A stretch of DNA of 64,000 nt from Polyangiales bacterium (lineage in GTDB: Bacteria > Myxococcota_A > Polyangia > Polyangiales > Ga0077539): positions 378,284 through 442,283 of the forward strand of contig JAXLYI010000006.1 of the NCBI GenBank assembly GCA_046351555.1, read 5' to 3'. The notes beneath the pieces were generated by a model. It was given only the letters and a program-made list of their open reading frames with translations. It ran no database searches and was not told the DNA's origin. Positions 39,612-49,295 of the stretch are shown here, piece by piece. A program made the position numbers and the translations under genes. The first letter of the stretch is position 1. Each line of letters begins with the position of its first letter.

Positions 39612-40684
39612 CCGACGCGGAGGTCGCGCTCGAGGGGGTCTCCCGCACGTACCCGGCCCTCCCCGGCGCGGCCCCCCACGCGGCCCTCTCCGACGTCACC
39701 CTCCGCGTCAACCGCGGCGAGGTCGTCGCCCTCATCGGCCCGTCGGGCTGCGGCAAATCCACCACCCTTCGGCTCATCGCGGGCCTCGACGACCCCGACG
39801 CCGGGAGCATCCACATCGCCGGCCGCGACGTGCGCGACGTCGCCCCGCAAGACCGCGACGTCGCCATGGTCTTCCAGGGCTACGCGCTCTACCCCCACAT
39901 GACCGCGCGGGAGATCATGGCCTTCCCGCTCAAGATGCGCGGCGCTTCGAAGGCCGAACAGTCTCGCGCCGTGGAGGAAGCCGCGGCGCGCCTCGGGCTC
40001 GCGAAGCTCCTCGACCGCCGGCCCGACCAGCTCTCCGGCGGCGAGCGGCAGCGCGTCGCCATCGGACGCGCGCTCGTGCGGCGGCCGAAGGTGTTCCTCT
40101 TCGACGAGCCGCTGAGCAACATCGACCCTGCGCTGCGCGAGGGCATCCGCGCCGAGCTCGCCGCGCTCGTCCGCTCGCTCGGCGCCACCGTGCTCTACGT
40201 CACCCACGACCACGTCGAGGCCATGACCCTCGCCGACCGCGTCGCCGTCCTGCGCAACGGAAGACTCCTCCAGGTGTCGCCCCCGCGCGAGCTCTACGAG
40301 CGCCCCGCGGCGGAGTTCGTCGGCGTCTTCGTCGGCTCCTCCCGGATGAACGTCCTCGCCACCACGGCCCGCGACGGGAAGCTCCGCGCGGGCCCCTTCG
40401 CGCTCCCCTTCGACGCGACGTCCGTCCCCGCGGGCGTGCGCGTCGGCGTCCGCCCCGAGCACGTCGCGCTCGGCGACGAGGGCGCGCGGGCCGCCGTTCG
40501 CACCGTCGAGCCCCACGGCGTCGAGACGCTGGTCACCGTGGCCGCCGGCGACGTCGAGCTCCGCGCGCGGGTGCCGGGCTTCGCCTCGCTTCGAACGGGC
40601 GACGACGTCGGCGTCACCCTCGACCCGCGCGGCCTTCACCTCTTCGACCCCGCGCGCGACGGGGCCCGCGTGGAGCCGACGTGA
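39608..40684 (+). CDS. ABC transporter ATP-binding protein (UgpC/MalK type)
   Basis: Walker A GPSGCGKST, signature LSGGERQRVAIGRAL, Walker B LFDEPLSNID, and the C-terminal TOBE domain. Confidence 0.9.
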   Translation: MTDAEVALEGVSRTYPALPGAAPHAALSDVTLRVNRGEVVALIGPSGCGKSTTLRLIAGLDDPDAGSIHIAGRDVRDVAPQDRDVAMVFQGYALYPHMTAREIMAFPLKMRGASKAEQSRAVEEAAARLGLAKLLDRRPDQLSGGERQRVAIGRALVRRPKVFLFDEPLSNIDPALREGIRAELAALVRSLGATVLYVTHDHVEAMTLADRVAVLRNGRLLQVSPPRELYERPAAEFVGVFVGSSRMNVLATTARDGKLRAGPFALPFDATSVPAGVRVGVRPEHVALGDEGARAAVRTVEPHGVETLVTVAAGDVELRARVPGFASLRTGDDVGVTLDPRGLHLFDPARDGARVEPT

Positions 40685-41946
40685 AAGCCCTCTCCCGGCG
40701 CCGCTGGTTGCAGGCGCTGGGCGCGTCGCTCGCCGCCTGCCGCGCGCCGCGGCGCGACGGATCGCGCACCGTCGTCGACCTCTGGTTCGCCTACGGCGGC
40801 ACCAACAGAACAACGCTCCTCGCCCTCGTCGATCGCTTCAACCGGTCGCAGCGCGCGGTCACCGTCCGCCCCGTCTACCAGGGCGACTACTTCGAGTGCC
40901 TCGCCAAGCTCCGCACCGCCATCGCCGCGGGCGTCGCCCCCGCGCTCAGCCACGTCGTGGGCGAGGTGGTCCCCTACCTCGCGGGCGCGGGCGTGCTCGA
41001 CGCGCTCGACGACTACGAGGGCGCGCACACGCTCCCGCTCGTCCGAGCGCTCGCCCAGTCGGGCAGCTACGTCGGCGGAGACCGTCACCCGCTCGTCGCC
41101 GTCCCCTTCAACCGCTCGACGCCCGTGCTCTACGCCAACGCGCGGATGCTCGGCGACGCCGGCGTGCGCGTGCCCGACACCTGGGACGCGCTCCGCGACG
41201 CCGCGACGGCCCTCACCCGCCGCGACGGAGCCAACGTCCGCTGGGGCTTCGAGGTGCCGATCTCGTGGTGGTTCTGGGTCGCGCTGGTGGGGCAGGCGGG
41301 GGGCTCCGTGCTCGACGCCGACGGCCGCCCCACGCTCGGCGGCGAGGCCGGCGTGAAGGCCCTGCGCTTCTGGCAGGAGCTCGTCCACGAGCGCCGCGTG
41401 ATGCGCCCGCCGCCGGGCCGCGACTACAACGCCTGGCAGGCCGCCAACCAGGACTTCCTCGCCGGCCGCGCCGCCCTCGTGATGACCAGCAGCGCCTTCC
41501 TGCGCTACCTCGAGCGCAACGCGTCGTTCCCGGTGACGGCCGCGCCGGTGCCGCGCGACGTGCGGGCGGCCGTGCCGACGGGCGGGACGTTCTTCGTGCT
41601 CTTGAAGCAGGCGCCGCGGGCCGAGCGCGAGGCGGCGTGGCGCTTCCTCCGGTGGATGTGCGGGGCCGACCAGACCGTCGAGTGGGCCACGCGCACGGGC
41701 TACCTCCCCGTCGCCACCGACGCCGTCGCGAAGCTCGAATCCGAAGGATATTATCGTTCGCACCCGAACGACCGCGTCGCCCTCGACCAGCTCCGCGACG
41801 CGCAGCCGTGGCCCTGGTCGGAGAGCCTCTTCCGCGTCCAGCGCGACGCCGTCGAGCCGCGCCTGGAGGAGGCCGTCCTCGCGCGACGCGACGCCCGCGC
41901 GGCCCTCGACGAGGCCCGCGCCGCCGCCCGGGAGGACGCCCCGTGA
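40681..41946 (+). CDS. ABC transporter substrate-binding protein (UgpB-like), Tat/lipobox signal
   Basis: GTGA coupling; RRRWLQALGASLAAC signal; SBP fold length. Confidence 0.8.
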   Translation: MKALSRRRWLQALGASLAACRAPRRDGSRTVVDLWFAYGGTNRTTLLALVDRFNRSQRAVTVRPVYQGDYFECLAKLRTAIAAGVAPALSHVVGEVVPYLAGAGVLDALDDYEGAHTLPLVRALAQSGSYVGGDRHPLVAVPFNRSTPVLYANARMLGDAGVRVPDTWDALRDAATALTRRDGANVRWGFEVPISWWFWVALVGQAGGSVLDADGRPTLGGEAGVKALRFWQELVHERRVMRPPPGRDYNAWQAANQDFLAGRAALVMTSSAFLRYLERNASFPVTAAPVPRDVRAAVPTGGTFFVLLKQAPRAEREAAWRFLRWMCGADQTVEWATRTGYLPVATDAVAKLESEGYYRSHPNDRVALDQLRDAQPWPWSESLFRVQRDAVEPRLEEAVLARRDARAALDEARAAAREDAP

Positions 41947-42815
41947 AGCCCCGCGCCCCGTGGCACCCGTGGGCCATGCTCGGCCCGACGCTCGCCTTCC
42001 TCGGGCTCTTCTGGGTGCTGCCGGTCGTGCGCGCGGCGGCCTACTCCCTCTACGCCTGGGACCTCCTCACCCCGCCGCGCTTCGTTGGCCTCGCCAACTA
42101 CTGCGCCCTCGCGTCGAGCGGACTCGCGTGGCGCGCGCTCGTCGCCACCGCGTCGTACAGCGCGATGGTCGTCGCCGGATCGATGGCCCTCGGCCTCGCG
42201 CTCGCCCTCGCACTCCAAGGGAGCGGGCGCTTCGTGTCCTTCGTCCGCGCGTCGATCTTCAGCGCGTACGTCGTGAGCTGGGTGGCCGTGGCGCTCCTGT
42301 GGATGTGGCTCCTCGACCCCGACGCGGGCGTCGTGGCGGCGCTCCTCCGCGCGCTCCACCTGCCGCGCTCGGGCCTGCTCGGCGATCCCCGCTCCGCCCT
42401 CCCCACGCTCGCCGCCGTCACCGTGTGGAAGCTCACCGGCTACGCGATGATCCTCTTCACCGCGGGCCTCCAGGACGTGCCGCGCTCGCTCCACGAGGCC
42501 GCCGCGCTCGACGGCGCGGGGCCCGTCGCCCGCTTCCGCTACGTCACGTGGCCCGCGCTCGGCCCCACCGCGGCCTTCGTCGCCACGACGAGCCTCATCG
42601 TGTCCTTCCAGGCCTTCGACATCGTGCGGATCATGACCCAGGGCGGGCCCGTCCACGCCACCACGCTGCTCGTGTACGCGATCTACGAGCAGGTGTTCCT
42701 CGACCTCCGCGTCGGGCGGGCGAGCGCGCTGACTGTTGTGTTCTTCGTCGCGCTGGTGGCGCTCGCGGCGCTCCAGATGCGCGCGTGGCGGGCGCGCGGC
42801 GGAGGCAGCCCGTGA
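41943..42815 (+). CDS. ABC transporter permease (UgpA-like)
   Basis: GTGA coupling; six TM helices; EAA-type loop (EAAALDGAGPVARFRYVTWPAL). Confidence 0.85.
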   Translation: MKPRAPWHPWAMLGPTLAFLGLFWVLPVVRAAAYSLYAWDLLTPPRFVGLANYCALASSGLAWRALVATASYSAMVVAGSMALGLALALALQGSGRFVSFVRASIFSAYVVSWVAVALLWMWLLDPDAGVVAALLRALHLPRSGLLGDPRSALPTLAAVTVWKLTGYAMILFTAGLQDVPRSLHEAAALDGAGPVARFRYVTWPALGPTAAFVATTSLIVSFQAFDIVRIMTQGGPVHATTLLVYAIYEQVFLDLRVGRASALTVVFFVALVALAALQMRAWRARGGGSP

Positions 42816-43627
42816 GGCGCCCGTGGCCGCTCCGCGTCGGCGTGGGCGCGCTCTGCGCGACGGCCGCGGCCGCGTGGATCGCCCCGTACCTCTGGATGGT
42901 CTCCACCTCGTTCAAGTCGCTGCGGGAGATCGTGCGGGCCCCCACCGCGCCACTCCCCGAGCGCCTCGACGCGGGCGCGTACCGTGAGGTGTTCGCGGCG
43001 ATCCCGGTCGGGCGCTACCTGCTCGTCTCGACCCTCATCGCGCTCACGATCGCGCTCCTCCAGGTGGCCCTCGCGCTGCCCGCGGGGTACGCGCTGGCCA
43101 AGCTGCGCTTCGCGGGGCGGCGCGCGGCCTTCGCGGCGGTGGTGGCGTGCCTGCTGGTGCCCGCGCAGGTCACCTTCGTGCCGGTGTTCGTGATGTTCTC
43201 ACGGGCGGGGCTGGTCAACACGGCGGCCGCGCTGGTGCTGCCCTTCGCGGCGAGCGCGCTCGGCACCTTCCTGGTGCGCCAGGCGCTCGCGGCCGTGCCC
43301 GACGAGGTGATCGAGGCGGCCCGCATGGACGGCGCCCCCGAGCGCACCATCGTGTACGGCATCCTCGGGCCCATCGTGACGCCCACCCTCGCGTCCCTCT
43401 TCCTCATCAGCTTCGTCTTCCACTGGAACGACTATTTCTGGCCCCTCGTGATGACCACCGACGACACCGTGCGCACGCTGCCGCTCGGCGTCGCGCTCCT
43501 GCGCGAGCAGGGGACGGGCGTGCGGTGGCACGTGGTGATGGCCGGCAACGTGGTGCTCTCGGTGCCGCCGCTCGCGCTCTTCGCCGTGCTCCAGAAGCAC
43601 CTGCTGCGCGCGGTGGGCGGGCGGTAG
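42812..43627 (+). CDS. ABC transporter permease (UgpE-like)
   Basis: GTGA coupling; EAARMDGAPERTIVYGILGP permease loop. Confidence 0.85.
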   Translation: MRRPWPLRVGVGALCATAAAAWIAPYLWMVSTSFKSLREIVRAPTAPLPERLDAGAYREVFAAIPVGRYLLVSTLIALTIALLQVALALPAGYALAKLRFAGRRAAFAAVVACLLVPAQVTFVPVFVMFSRAGLVNTAAALVLPFAASALGTFLVRQALAAVPDEVIEAARMDGAPERTIVYGILGPIVTPTLASLFLISFVFHWNDYFWPLVMTTDDTVRTLPLGVALLREQGTGVRWHVVMAGNVVLSVPPLALFAVLQKHLLRAVGGR

Positions 43628-43670
43628 CGGTCCCTCACCGCGACCGCGCTTCCCCCCGTCGTTTCAGAGG

Positions 43671-43743
43671 CACCCCCGGCAGGAATCGGACCTGCGACCT
43701 TCGGCTTAGGAAGCCGCCGCTCTATCCACTGAGCTACGGGGGC
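43671..43743 (-). tRNA. tRNA-Arg (anticodon CCT)
   Basis: Hand-folded cloverleaf: acceptor GCCCCCG/CGGGGGT (G1:U72), D-arm GCTC-AGTGGATA-GAGC, anticodon loop TTCCTAA, T-arm GCAGG-TCCGATT-CCTGC, discriminator G. The T-loop reads TCC where TTC (T54-Psi55-C56) is nearly universal. CCA is not encoded. Confidence 0.65.
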
Positions 43744-43934
43744 GTCGTCGCCGCTGCGACCCGGCGGCCGCGGCGCGGGGCACTCGATGACACGCCCGCC
43801 GGGCCGCTGTCAATCGCCGCGCACCGCGGGCGTTCGCATCTTCCGTTGTGATTCCGCGGGAAGTGGGTTAGTCGTCCGGGCGCGGGCCGCCGGGAGACGG
43901 TAGGCGGCGCACCGCGGGAGCACCGACACACCCT

Positions 43935-45458
43935 ATGAGCCTCACGAAGCGCACTCTCCTCATGGCGGCCGCGGGAGCGGCCCTCACGCTCGCGCCCGGC
44001 GCCGCCTCGGCGCAGGACTACTCGCGCTGGGTGTTCCGCGCGGAAGTGGGCGCGGGCACGATGCTCCACGACTTCTTCAACCCGCCCGACACGCTCGACA
44101 CCGGCACGCTCGCGGGCCAGCTCTCGGCGCGCGTCACCTACCGCTTCGTCGGCCCCCTCGGCGTCCAGCTCGGCGCCGGCTTCGGGCGCTTCTTCCAGCC
44201 CAACAACCGCGACGACGTGCCGGTCATCTTCGGCATCGGCGGCCTCCGCGTCGACCCCGAGATCGGCCGCGTCGGGCGCCTCTGGCTCGACGCCAACGGC
44301 GGCCTCTTCGCCGTCGGCACCATCAACCGCGGCGGCATCGACGCGGGGCTCGGCTTCGAGTTCCGCCTCTCCGACACGGTCGCGATCGGGCCCTTCGCAC
44401 GCTACGCGCGGGTGTTCGACGGGCGCTACGTGCCGCCCTCCAACGCGACCGGCACGATGCTCGGCGGCGCGGGCGTGGCCGGCGACATCGACTGGTGGGT
44501 CGCGGGCATCAACCTCGCCATCTACTCCCTCAACGACGCGCCGCCGCCCCCGCCGCCCCCGCCGCCCCCGGCCGACGGCGACAACGACGGCGTCACCGAC
44601 CCCAACGACCAGTGCGTGGCCGTGCCCGCGGGCGACCACCCCGACCCCGCGCGCGCCGGCTGCCCGCTCGCCGACGACGACCACGACGGCGTCTACGGCA
44701 GCGACGACCAGTGCCCCACCGACGCCGCGGGCGACCACCCCGACCCCGCGCGCGCCGGCTGCCCCGCGTCGGACGAGGACCACGACAACGTCTACGGCGC
44801 CGACGACCTGTGCCCCACCGACGCCGCGGGCGACCACCCCAACCCCGAGCGCGCGGGCTGCCCCGACGCCGACGGCGACAGCGACGGCGTCTTCGACCAC
44901 GGCGACCAGTGCCCGGCCGAGGCCGCGGGCCTGCACCCCGACCCGGCGCGCGCCGGCTGCCCGCTGCCCGACCGCGACCACGACAGCATCCCCGACGCGA
45001 CGGACGCTTGCCCCGACCGCCCCGGCGCCCCGAGCTCGACGCCCGCGCGCAACGGCTGCCCCGGCCTCCTCGTGATCGAGAACGGCGCGCTCCGCATCCT
45101 GCGCCCCGTGTTCTTCGCGCCCAACCGCGACGCGATCCTCCCGGCGAGCACCCCCGTGCTCAACGCGATGGCCGACGCGCTCCGCACCACCACGGAGATC
45201 CGCCGCGTCTCGATCGAGGGCCACACCGACGACGTCGGCGCCGACGAGGCCAACCTCGACCTCTCGCGCCGCCGCGCCGCCGCCGTGGTGCGCTGGCTCA
45301 CCACCACCGGCCGCGTCGACGCCGCCCGGCTCACGTCCGAGGGCTTCGGCGAGGCGCGGCCCCTCCAGCCCATCGCCGGCCTCGCCGGCCCCCGCCTCGT
45401 CGCCGCGCGCGCGCAGAACCGCCGCGTCGAGTTCCGCATCACCGAGATCGCCCACTGA
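43935..45458 (+). CDS. OmpA-family outer-membrane protein with thrombospondin type-3 (Ca-binding DxDxDG) repeats
   Basis: Signal peptide; six TSP3-like repeats (DxDxDGVxDxxDQCP...HPDPARAGCP); C-terminal OmpA domain (NRDAILP...EGHTDDVG...LSRRRA). Confidence 0.85.
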   Translation: MSLTKRTLLMAAAGAALTLAPGAASAQDYSRWVFRAEVGAGTMLHDFFNPPDTLDTGTLAGQLSARVTYRFVGPLGVQLGAGFGRFFQPNNRDDVPVIFGIGGLRVDPEIGRVGRLWLDANGGLFAVGTINRGGIDAGLGFEFRLSDTVAIGPFARYARVFDGRYVPPSNATGTMLGGAGVAGDIDWWVAGINLAIYSLNDAPPPPPPPPPPADGDNDGVTDPNDQCVAVPAGDHPDPARAGCPLADDDHDGVYGSDDQCPTDAAGDHPDPARAGCPASDEDHDNVYGADDLCPTDAAGDHPNPERAGCPDADGDSDGVFDHGDQCPAEAAGLHPDPARAGCPLPDRDHDSIPDATDACPDRPGAPSSTPARNGCPGLLVIENGALRILRPVFFAPNRDAILPASTPVLNAMADALRTTTEIRRVSIEGHTDDVGADEANLDLSRRRAAAVVRWLTTTGRVDAARLTSEGFGEARPLQPIAGLAGPRLVAARAQNRRVEFRITEIAH

Positions 45459-45511
45459 GTGTTCGCGGCGCGTGAACGCCGCCCCCGCCGCGGCGCATCC
45501 CACCGCGCACG

Positions 45512-46198
45512 GTGAACGCCCCCCTCCACTCCCCGACGACAGGCGAAGCGATGGTCCCGACGCAGGTGAAGACGCTCGTGAAGGAGAGCTTCCTGTACCC
45601 GTGGGTGCAGGCGGGCCGGGAGTGGGTCCACTCGCGGCGCGAGCTCGACCAGTGGGTCCGCGAGGGCTGCGAGGGCGCGGCGCCCCACCGCGTCAAGCAG
45701 GGCCTCGTCCGCTCGTACGCGCGCAAGCACAACTGCCGCGTGCTGGTCGAGACGGGCACCTACCTCGGCGGGATGGTCTACGCCATGCGCCACGACTTCG
45801 ACCGGATCTTCACCATCGAGGTCGACGAGGCCCTCGCCCGCATGGCCCGCCGCCGCTTCGCCGGCCGCGTCAACGTCAACGTGCTCCAGGGTGACAGCGC
45901 GACGGTGATCGCCGACGTGCTGCGCGACCTGCGCGAGCCTGCGGTCTTCTGGCTCGACGGCCACTACTCGGGCGGCTTCACGGGCATGGGCGCGAAGGAG
46001 ACGCCGATCGTCGAGGAGGTGGAGGCCGTCTTCGCCCACGAGGTGAAGGGCCACGCGATCCTCATCGACGACGCGCGCTGCTTCGGCACGCTGCCCGACT
46101 ACCCGACGCTCGAGGCCTTCCGCGAGAAGGCCGAGCGCGAGCGCCCCGACCTCGCGTGGGAACTCGCCCACGACATCATCCGCCTCACGCCCCGCTGA
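45512..46198 (+). CDS. class I SAM-dependent methyltransferase (TylF/MycF-like O-methyltransferase fold)
   Basis: VLVETGTYLGGMV glycine-rich SAM motif, then acidic motif II. Confidence 0.6.
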   Translation: MNAPLHSPTTGEAMVPTQVKTLVKESFLYPWVQAGREWVHSRRELDQWVREGCEGAAPHRVKQGLVRSYARKHNCRVLVETGTYLGGMVYAMRHDFDRIFTIEVDEALARMARRRFAGRVNVNVLQGDSATVIADVLRDLREPAVFWLDGHYSGGFTGMGAKETPIVEEVEAVFAHEVKGHAILIDDARCFGTLPDYPTLEAFREKAERERPDLAWELAHDIIRLTPR

Positions 46199-46201
46199 AG
46201 C

Positions 46202-46654
46202 TCAGCGACGGTCCATCCGCGCGAGGATGGTCAGGTACGCGTCGGTGAGCCCGGTCACCACGGCGACGGACGAGGCGTGCTGCTCGGGGTCGCCGAGGTA
46301 GCGGTCGGGGTGGTACTGCCGCAGGAGCGAGCGCCACGCGCGCTGCACCTCGAGCCGCGAGGCGCCCACCGGCAGCTCGAGGCGCGCGTAGCACTTCGCC
46401 AGGGTGACCTCGCGCATGCGGTCGCGGCGGGCCTGGGCGGCGGCGGTGAGCTCGTCGTCGGCGGCGTTGCGGCCGCTGGCGGGGCGGCCCCGGGCGCGGC
46501 GGCGGCGCTCGAGCTCGGTGCGGAGCTGCTCGTCGGTGAGGGCCTTGAGGTTCAGGCGCTCCTGCAGCGTGGCGCCCGGCGCGTTGGGCGCCCCCGCGGC
46601 GCGCGGGTCGAGGGCCGAGCGGACGCCTTCGGTGAGCCGGTCGAGGATCCCCAC
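46202..46654 (-). CDS. J-domain (DnaJ-like) protein with the J domain at the C-terminus
   Basis: CYARLELPVGASRLEVQRAWRSLLRQYHPDR (HPD motif) near the C-terminus. Confidence 0.6.
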   Translation of the reverse strand: MGILDRLTEGVRSALDPRAAGAPNAPGATLQERLNLKALTDEQLRTELERRRRARGRPASGRNAADDELTAAAQARRDRMREVTLAKCYARLELPVGASRLEVQRAWRSLLRQYHPDRYLGDPEQHASSVAVVTGLTDAYLTILARMDRR

Positions 46655-46658
46655 GCCG

Positions 46659-46979
46659 TCACCCCGCGTTGCGCCGCGCGAGCATCCGCTCGATCACGGC
46701 GGCCGACTCGGGGGTGAGCTCGGAGAACACCACGCCCACGCCGGGCGGGTCGTTCTGCACCCGAACAACCTCGCCCACGCCCGTCACGGTCTCCATGTCC
46801 TCGTGGAGCACGGTGAAGTGGAGGTTCACCTTCGTGCCCACCGGGAGCGGGGTCTTCGTCTTGATGAAGGCCCCCGTGCGCGAGAGGTTCGTCACGTACT
46901 CATCAATGAACGCGTCGAACGATTCGAACTCCTGGTTGATCGTCACGCGCTCCTCGGCGCGCCGCCTGTCGTCGCTCAT
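46659..46979 (-). CDS. PilZ-domain protein
   Basis: RRxxxR-like N-terminal motif (DRRRAEERV) and D/NxSxxG-like (NLSRTGAFI) c-di-GMP binding signatures; 106 aa. Confidence 0.65.
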   Translation of the reverse strand: MSDDRRRAEERVTINQEFESFDAFIDEYVTNLSRTGAFIKTKTPLPVGTKVNLHFTVLHEDMETVTGVGEVVRVQNDPPGVGVVFSELTPESAAVIERMLARRNAG

Positions 46980-47001
46980 GCGCGCTCCTCCGCGGGCCCC
47001 T

Positions 47002-48603
47002 TCAGCCCCCCACCAGGTCGAACTGCTCGATGTGGTACTCGGGCCGCCCCGCCACCATGATCTGCCGCGTGTAGCGCCGCTGGGCCTCCTCGAGGTCCTG
47101 CCGGAGGTCGCTCTTCAGCGTCTCGGCCACCGCGGGGTGGGCGTTCACCGTGATCGCGTACCCGCGGAGGTCGTCCTTCTCGCGCCGGATCTGCCGCAGG
47201 ATCTCGTAGGCCACCGTCAGCCGCGACGAGGTGTGCCCCGTGCCGTCGCAGTAGAAGCACGGCTCGAAGAGCGTGCGCCCGAGGCTCTCGCGCGTGCGCT
47301 TGCGGGTCATCTCGACGAGCCCGAGCTCGCTGATGCGCACCATGGTGGTCTTGGCCTTGTCGTTCTTCATCGCCTCGGCGAGGGCCTTGTCGACGCGGTC
47401 GCGGTTCTGCGGCCGGTCCATGTCGATGAAGTCGATCACGATCAGCCCGCCGAGGTTGCGCAGCCGGAGCTGGTACGCGATCTCCGCCACGGCCTCCATG
47501 TTGGTCGCGGTGACGGTCTCCTCGACGTCCTTCTTGCCGACGAAGCGCCCGGTGTTCACGTCGATGGCGGTGAGCGCCTCGGCCTGGTCGATGATGAGGT
47601 ACCCGCCGGATTTGAGCGGCACCTTGCGCGAGAGCGCGCGGCCGATCTCGTCCTCGATGCCGTACGCGTCGAACACCGGCTCGCGCCCCGAGTAGAGCTC
47701 GACCGAGTCCTTCCGGTCGGGCATGAACTGCTCGACGAAGCGCACGAGGCGCCCGTGCGCCTCCTTGTCGTCGATCACGATCTTCTCGATCTCGGGGCCG
47801 AACACGTCGCGCACGGTGCGGAGCACCACGTCGAGCTCGGAGTAGAGCAGCGCCGGCGCCCGCGCGCCCTCGCGCTTCTTGCAGATGTCCGACCAGAGGT
47901 GGACGAGGTAGGCCACGTCGGTCTTGAGCTGCTTCTTCGTGAGGCCCTCGGAGAGCGTCCGCACGATGAGCCCGCCCTTCTCGGGCTTGATGCCCTCGAT
48001 GGCCTCGCGCAGCCGCCGCCGCTCCTTCTCGTTGCCGATGCGCTTCGACACGCCGAGGTGGTCGACCGTCGGCATGTAGACCACGTAGCGGCCCGGCAGC
48101 GAGATGTGCGACGTGACGCGCGCCCCCTTGGTGCTGATGGGCCCCTTGGAGACCTGCACGATGATCTCCTGGCCCTCCCGCACCAGGTCGCGGATGGGCT
48201 TCTGCGGCCGCGCCTCGCGCGCCTGGCGCTGCGGGCGCTTGGGCTTCGGGCGGGCCTCGCGCGGCGCCCCCTCGGCCCCCTCCGCGCCCTCCGCGGGCGC
48301 CTCGGAGTCCGCCTCCGCGGCCTCGTCCTCGTCGTCGGCCTCCGCGTCGAACATGGCCGCGCGCAGCTCCTCATCGGGCAGCGCGTCGTCCACGTGGAGG
48401 AAGGCCGCCCGCTCGAGCCCGAGGTCGACGAAGGCCGCGTTCATGCCCGGGAGCACCCGGGTCACCTTGCCGAGGTAGACGTCGCCGACGACGCTGCGGT
48501 CGCCACGGCGCTCGACGTGCAGCTCCGCCACGATCCCGTTCTCGATGATCGCGACGCGCGTCTCGCCGATATCTACATTGATGACGATCTGGTTTCCCGC
48601 CAT
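47002..48603 (-). CDS. rng: ribonuclease G (RNase E/G family)
   Basis: S1 domain, DNase-I-like and Zn-link (CxxC) motifs: GRYVVYMP...AIDVNTGRF...VIDFIDM...CFYCDGTG. 533 aa from the ATG at 48601-48603. Confidence 0.9.
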   Translation of the reverse strand: MAGNQIVINVDIGETRVAIIENGIVAELHVERRGDRSVVGDVYLGKVTRVLPGMNAAFVDLGLERAAFLHVDDALPDEELRAAMFDAEADDEDEAAEADSEAPAEGAEGAEGAPREARPKPKRPQRQAREARPQKPIRDLVREGQEIIVQVSKGPISTKGARVTSHISLPGRYVVYMPTVDHLGVSKRIGNEKERRRLREAIEGIKPEKGGLIVRTLSEGLTKKQLKTDVAYLVHLWSDICKKREGARAPALLYSELDVVLRTVRDVFGPEIEKIVIDDKEAHGRLVRFVEQFMPDRKDSVELYSGREPVFDAYGIEDEIGRALSRKVPLKSGGYLIIDQAEALTAIDVNTGRFVGKKDVEETVTATNMEAVAEIAYQLRLRNLGGLIVIDFIDMDRPQNRDRVDKALAEAMKNDKAKTTMVRISELGLVEMTRKRTRESLGRTLFEPCFYCDGTGHTSSRLTVAYEILRQIRREKDDLRGYAITVNAHPAVAETLKSDLRQDLEEAQRRYTRQIMVAGRPEYHIEQFDLVGG

Positions 48604-48779
48604 TGAGACTCTGTCAGTGCGAGGATGAAAAACTCTCCGCGACGCAGCGATGCGCCGCCGGGCGGCGCGGACTCTAACACACACCGCGCCCCGCCCCTGA
48701 AGGACGAACGCACGGGAATCGCAGGTCGGGGAATGTCCGGGAGGAGGGAGGCGGGGAGAGGGGGCGGGCGGCGCTTCGG

Positions 48780-49295
48780 TCAGTTGTTCGTGAAGATCGC
48801 CTCGATCTCCTCGCGGACGGAGTCCTCCGTGCGGTCGAGGGCGATGGCGAGCTCCTTCACGACGAGGGTGCGGGCGTTGTCGAGCATGCGGCGCTCGCCG
48901 AAGGAGAGGGACTTCTCGGCCTTGAGGCGGTAGAGGTCGCGCAGCACCTCGGCGACGTCGTAGATGCTGCCGGTCTTGATCTTGTCCATGAAGCCGCGGT
49001 AACGACGGTTCCAGGTCTGGTTGTCGAAGGCGACGGTGCGCTCGCGCAGGATCTCGAAGATCTCCCGGATCTCCTCCTCGCAGATCACGCTCCGCAGCCC
49101 CACGGTCTCCGCGTTCTTCACGGGGACCATGATCTTGCGGTCCGAGTCGAGGATCCGCAGGACGTAGAAGCGCTGGCGCGCCCCGGCGATGTCCCGCTCC
49201 TCGATGCTGACGACCTCGGCCACACCCTGCGCGGGGTACACGGCCTTGTCGCCCACCTTGAACTCGGAGACGCTTCGTGCCTGTTGCATCATCAC
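48780..49295 (-). CDS. cdnL: CarD-family transcriptional regulator (CdnL-like)
   Basis: EFKVGDKAVYPAQGVAEVVSIE is the RNAP-interacting Tudor-like N-terminal domain; 171 aa. Confidence 0.9.
   Translation of the reverse strand: MMMQQARSVSEFKVGDKAVYPAQGVAEVVSIEERDIAGARQRFYVLRILDSDRKIMVPVKNAETVGLRSVICEEEIREIFEILRERTVAFDNQTWNRRYRGFMDKIKTGSIYDVAEVLRDLYRLKAEKSLSFGERRMLDNARTLVVKELAIALDRTEDSVREEIEAIFTNN

Noticed and set aside
43734-45503. 589-aa ORF antisense to the OmpA-TSP3 gene and overlapping the tRNA
   Set aside because: Antisense artefact. The + frame carries TSP3 and OmpA motifs.
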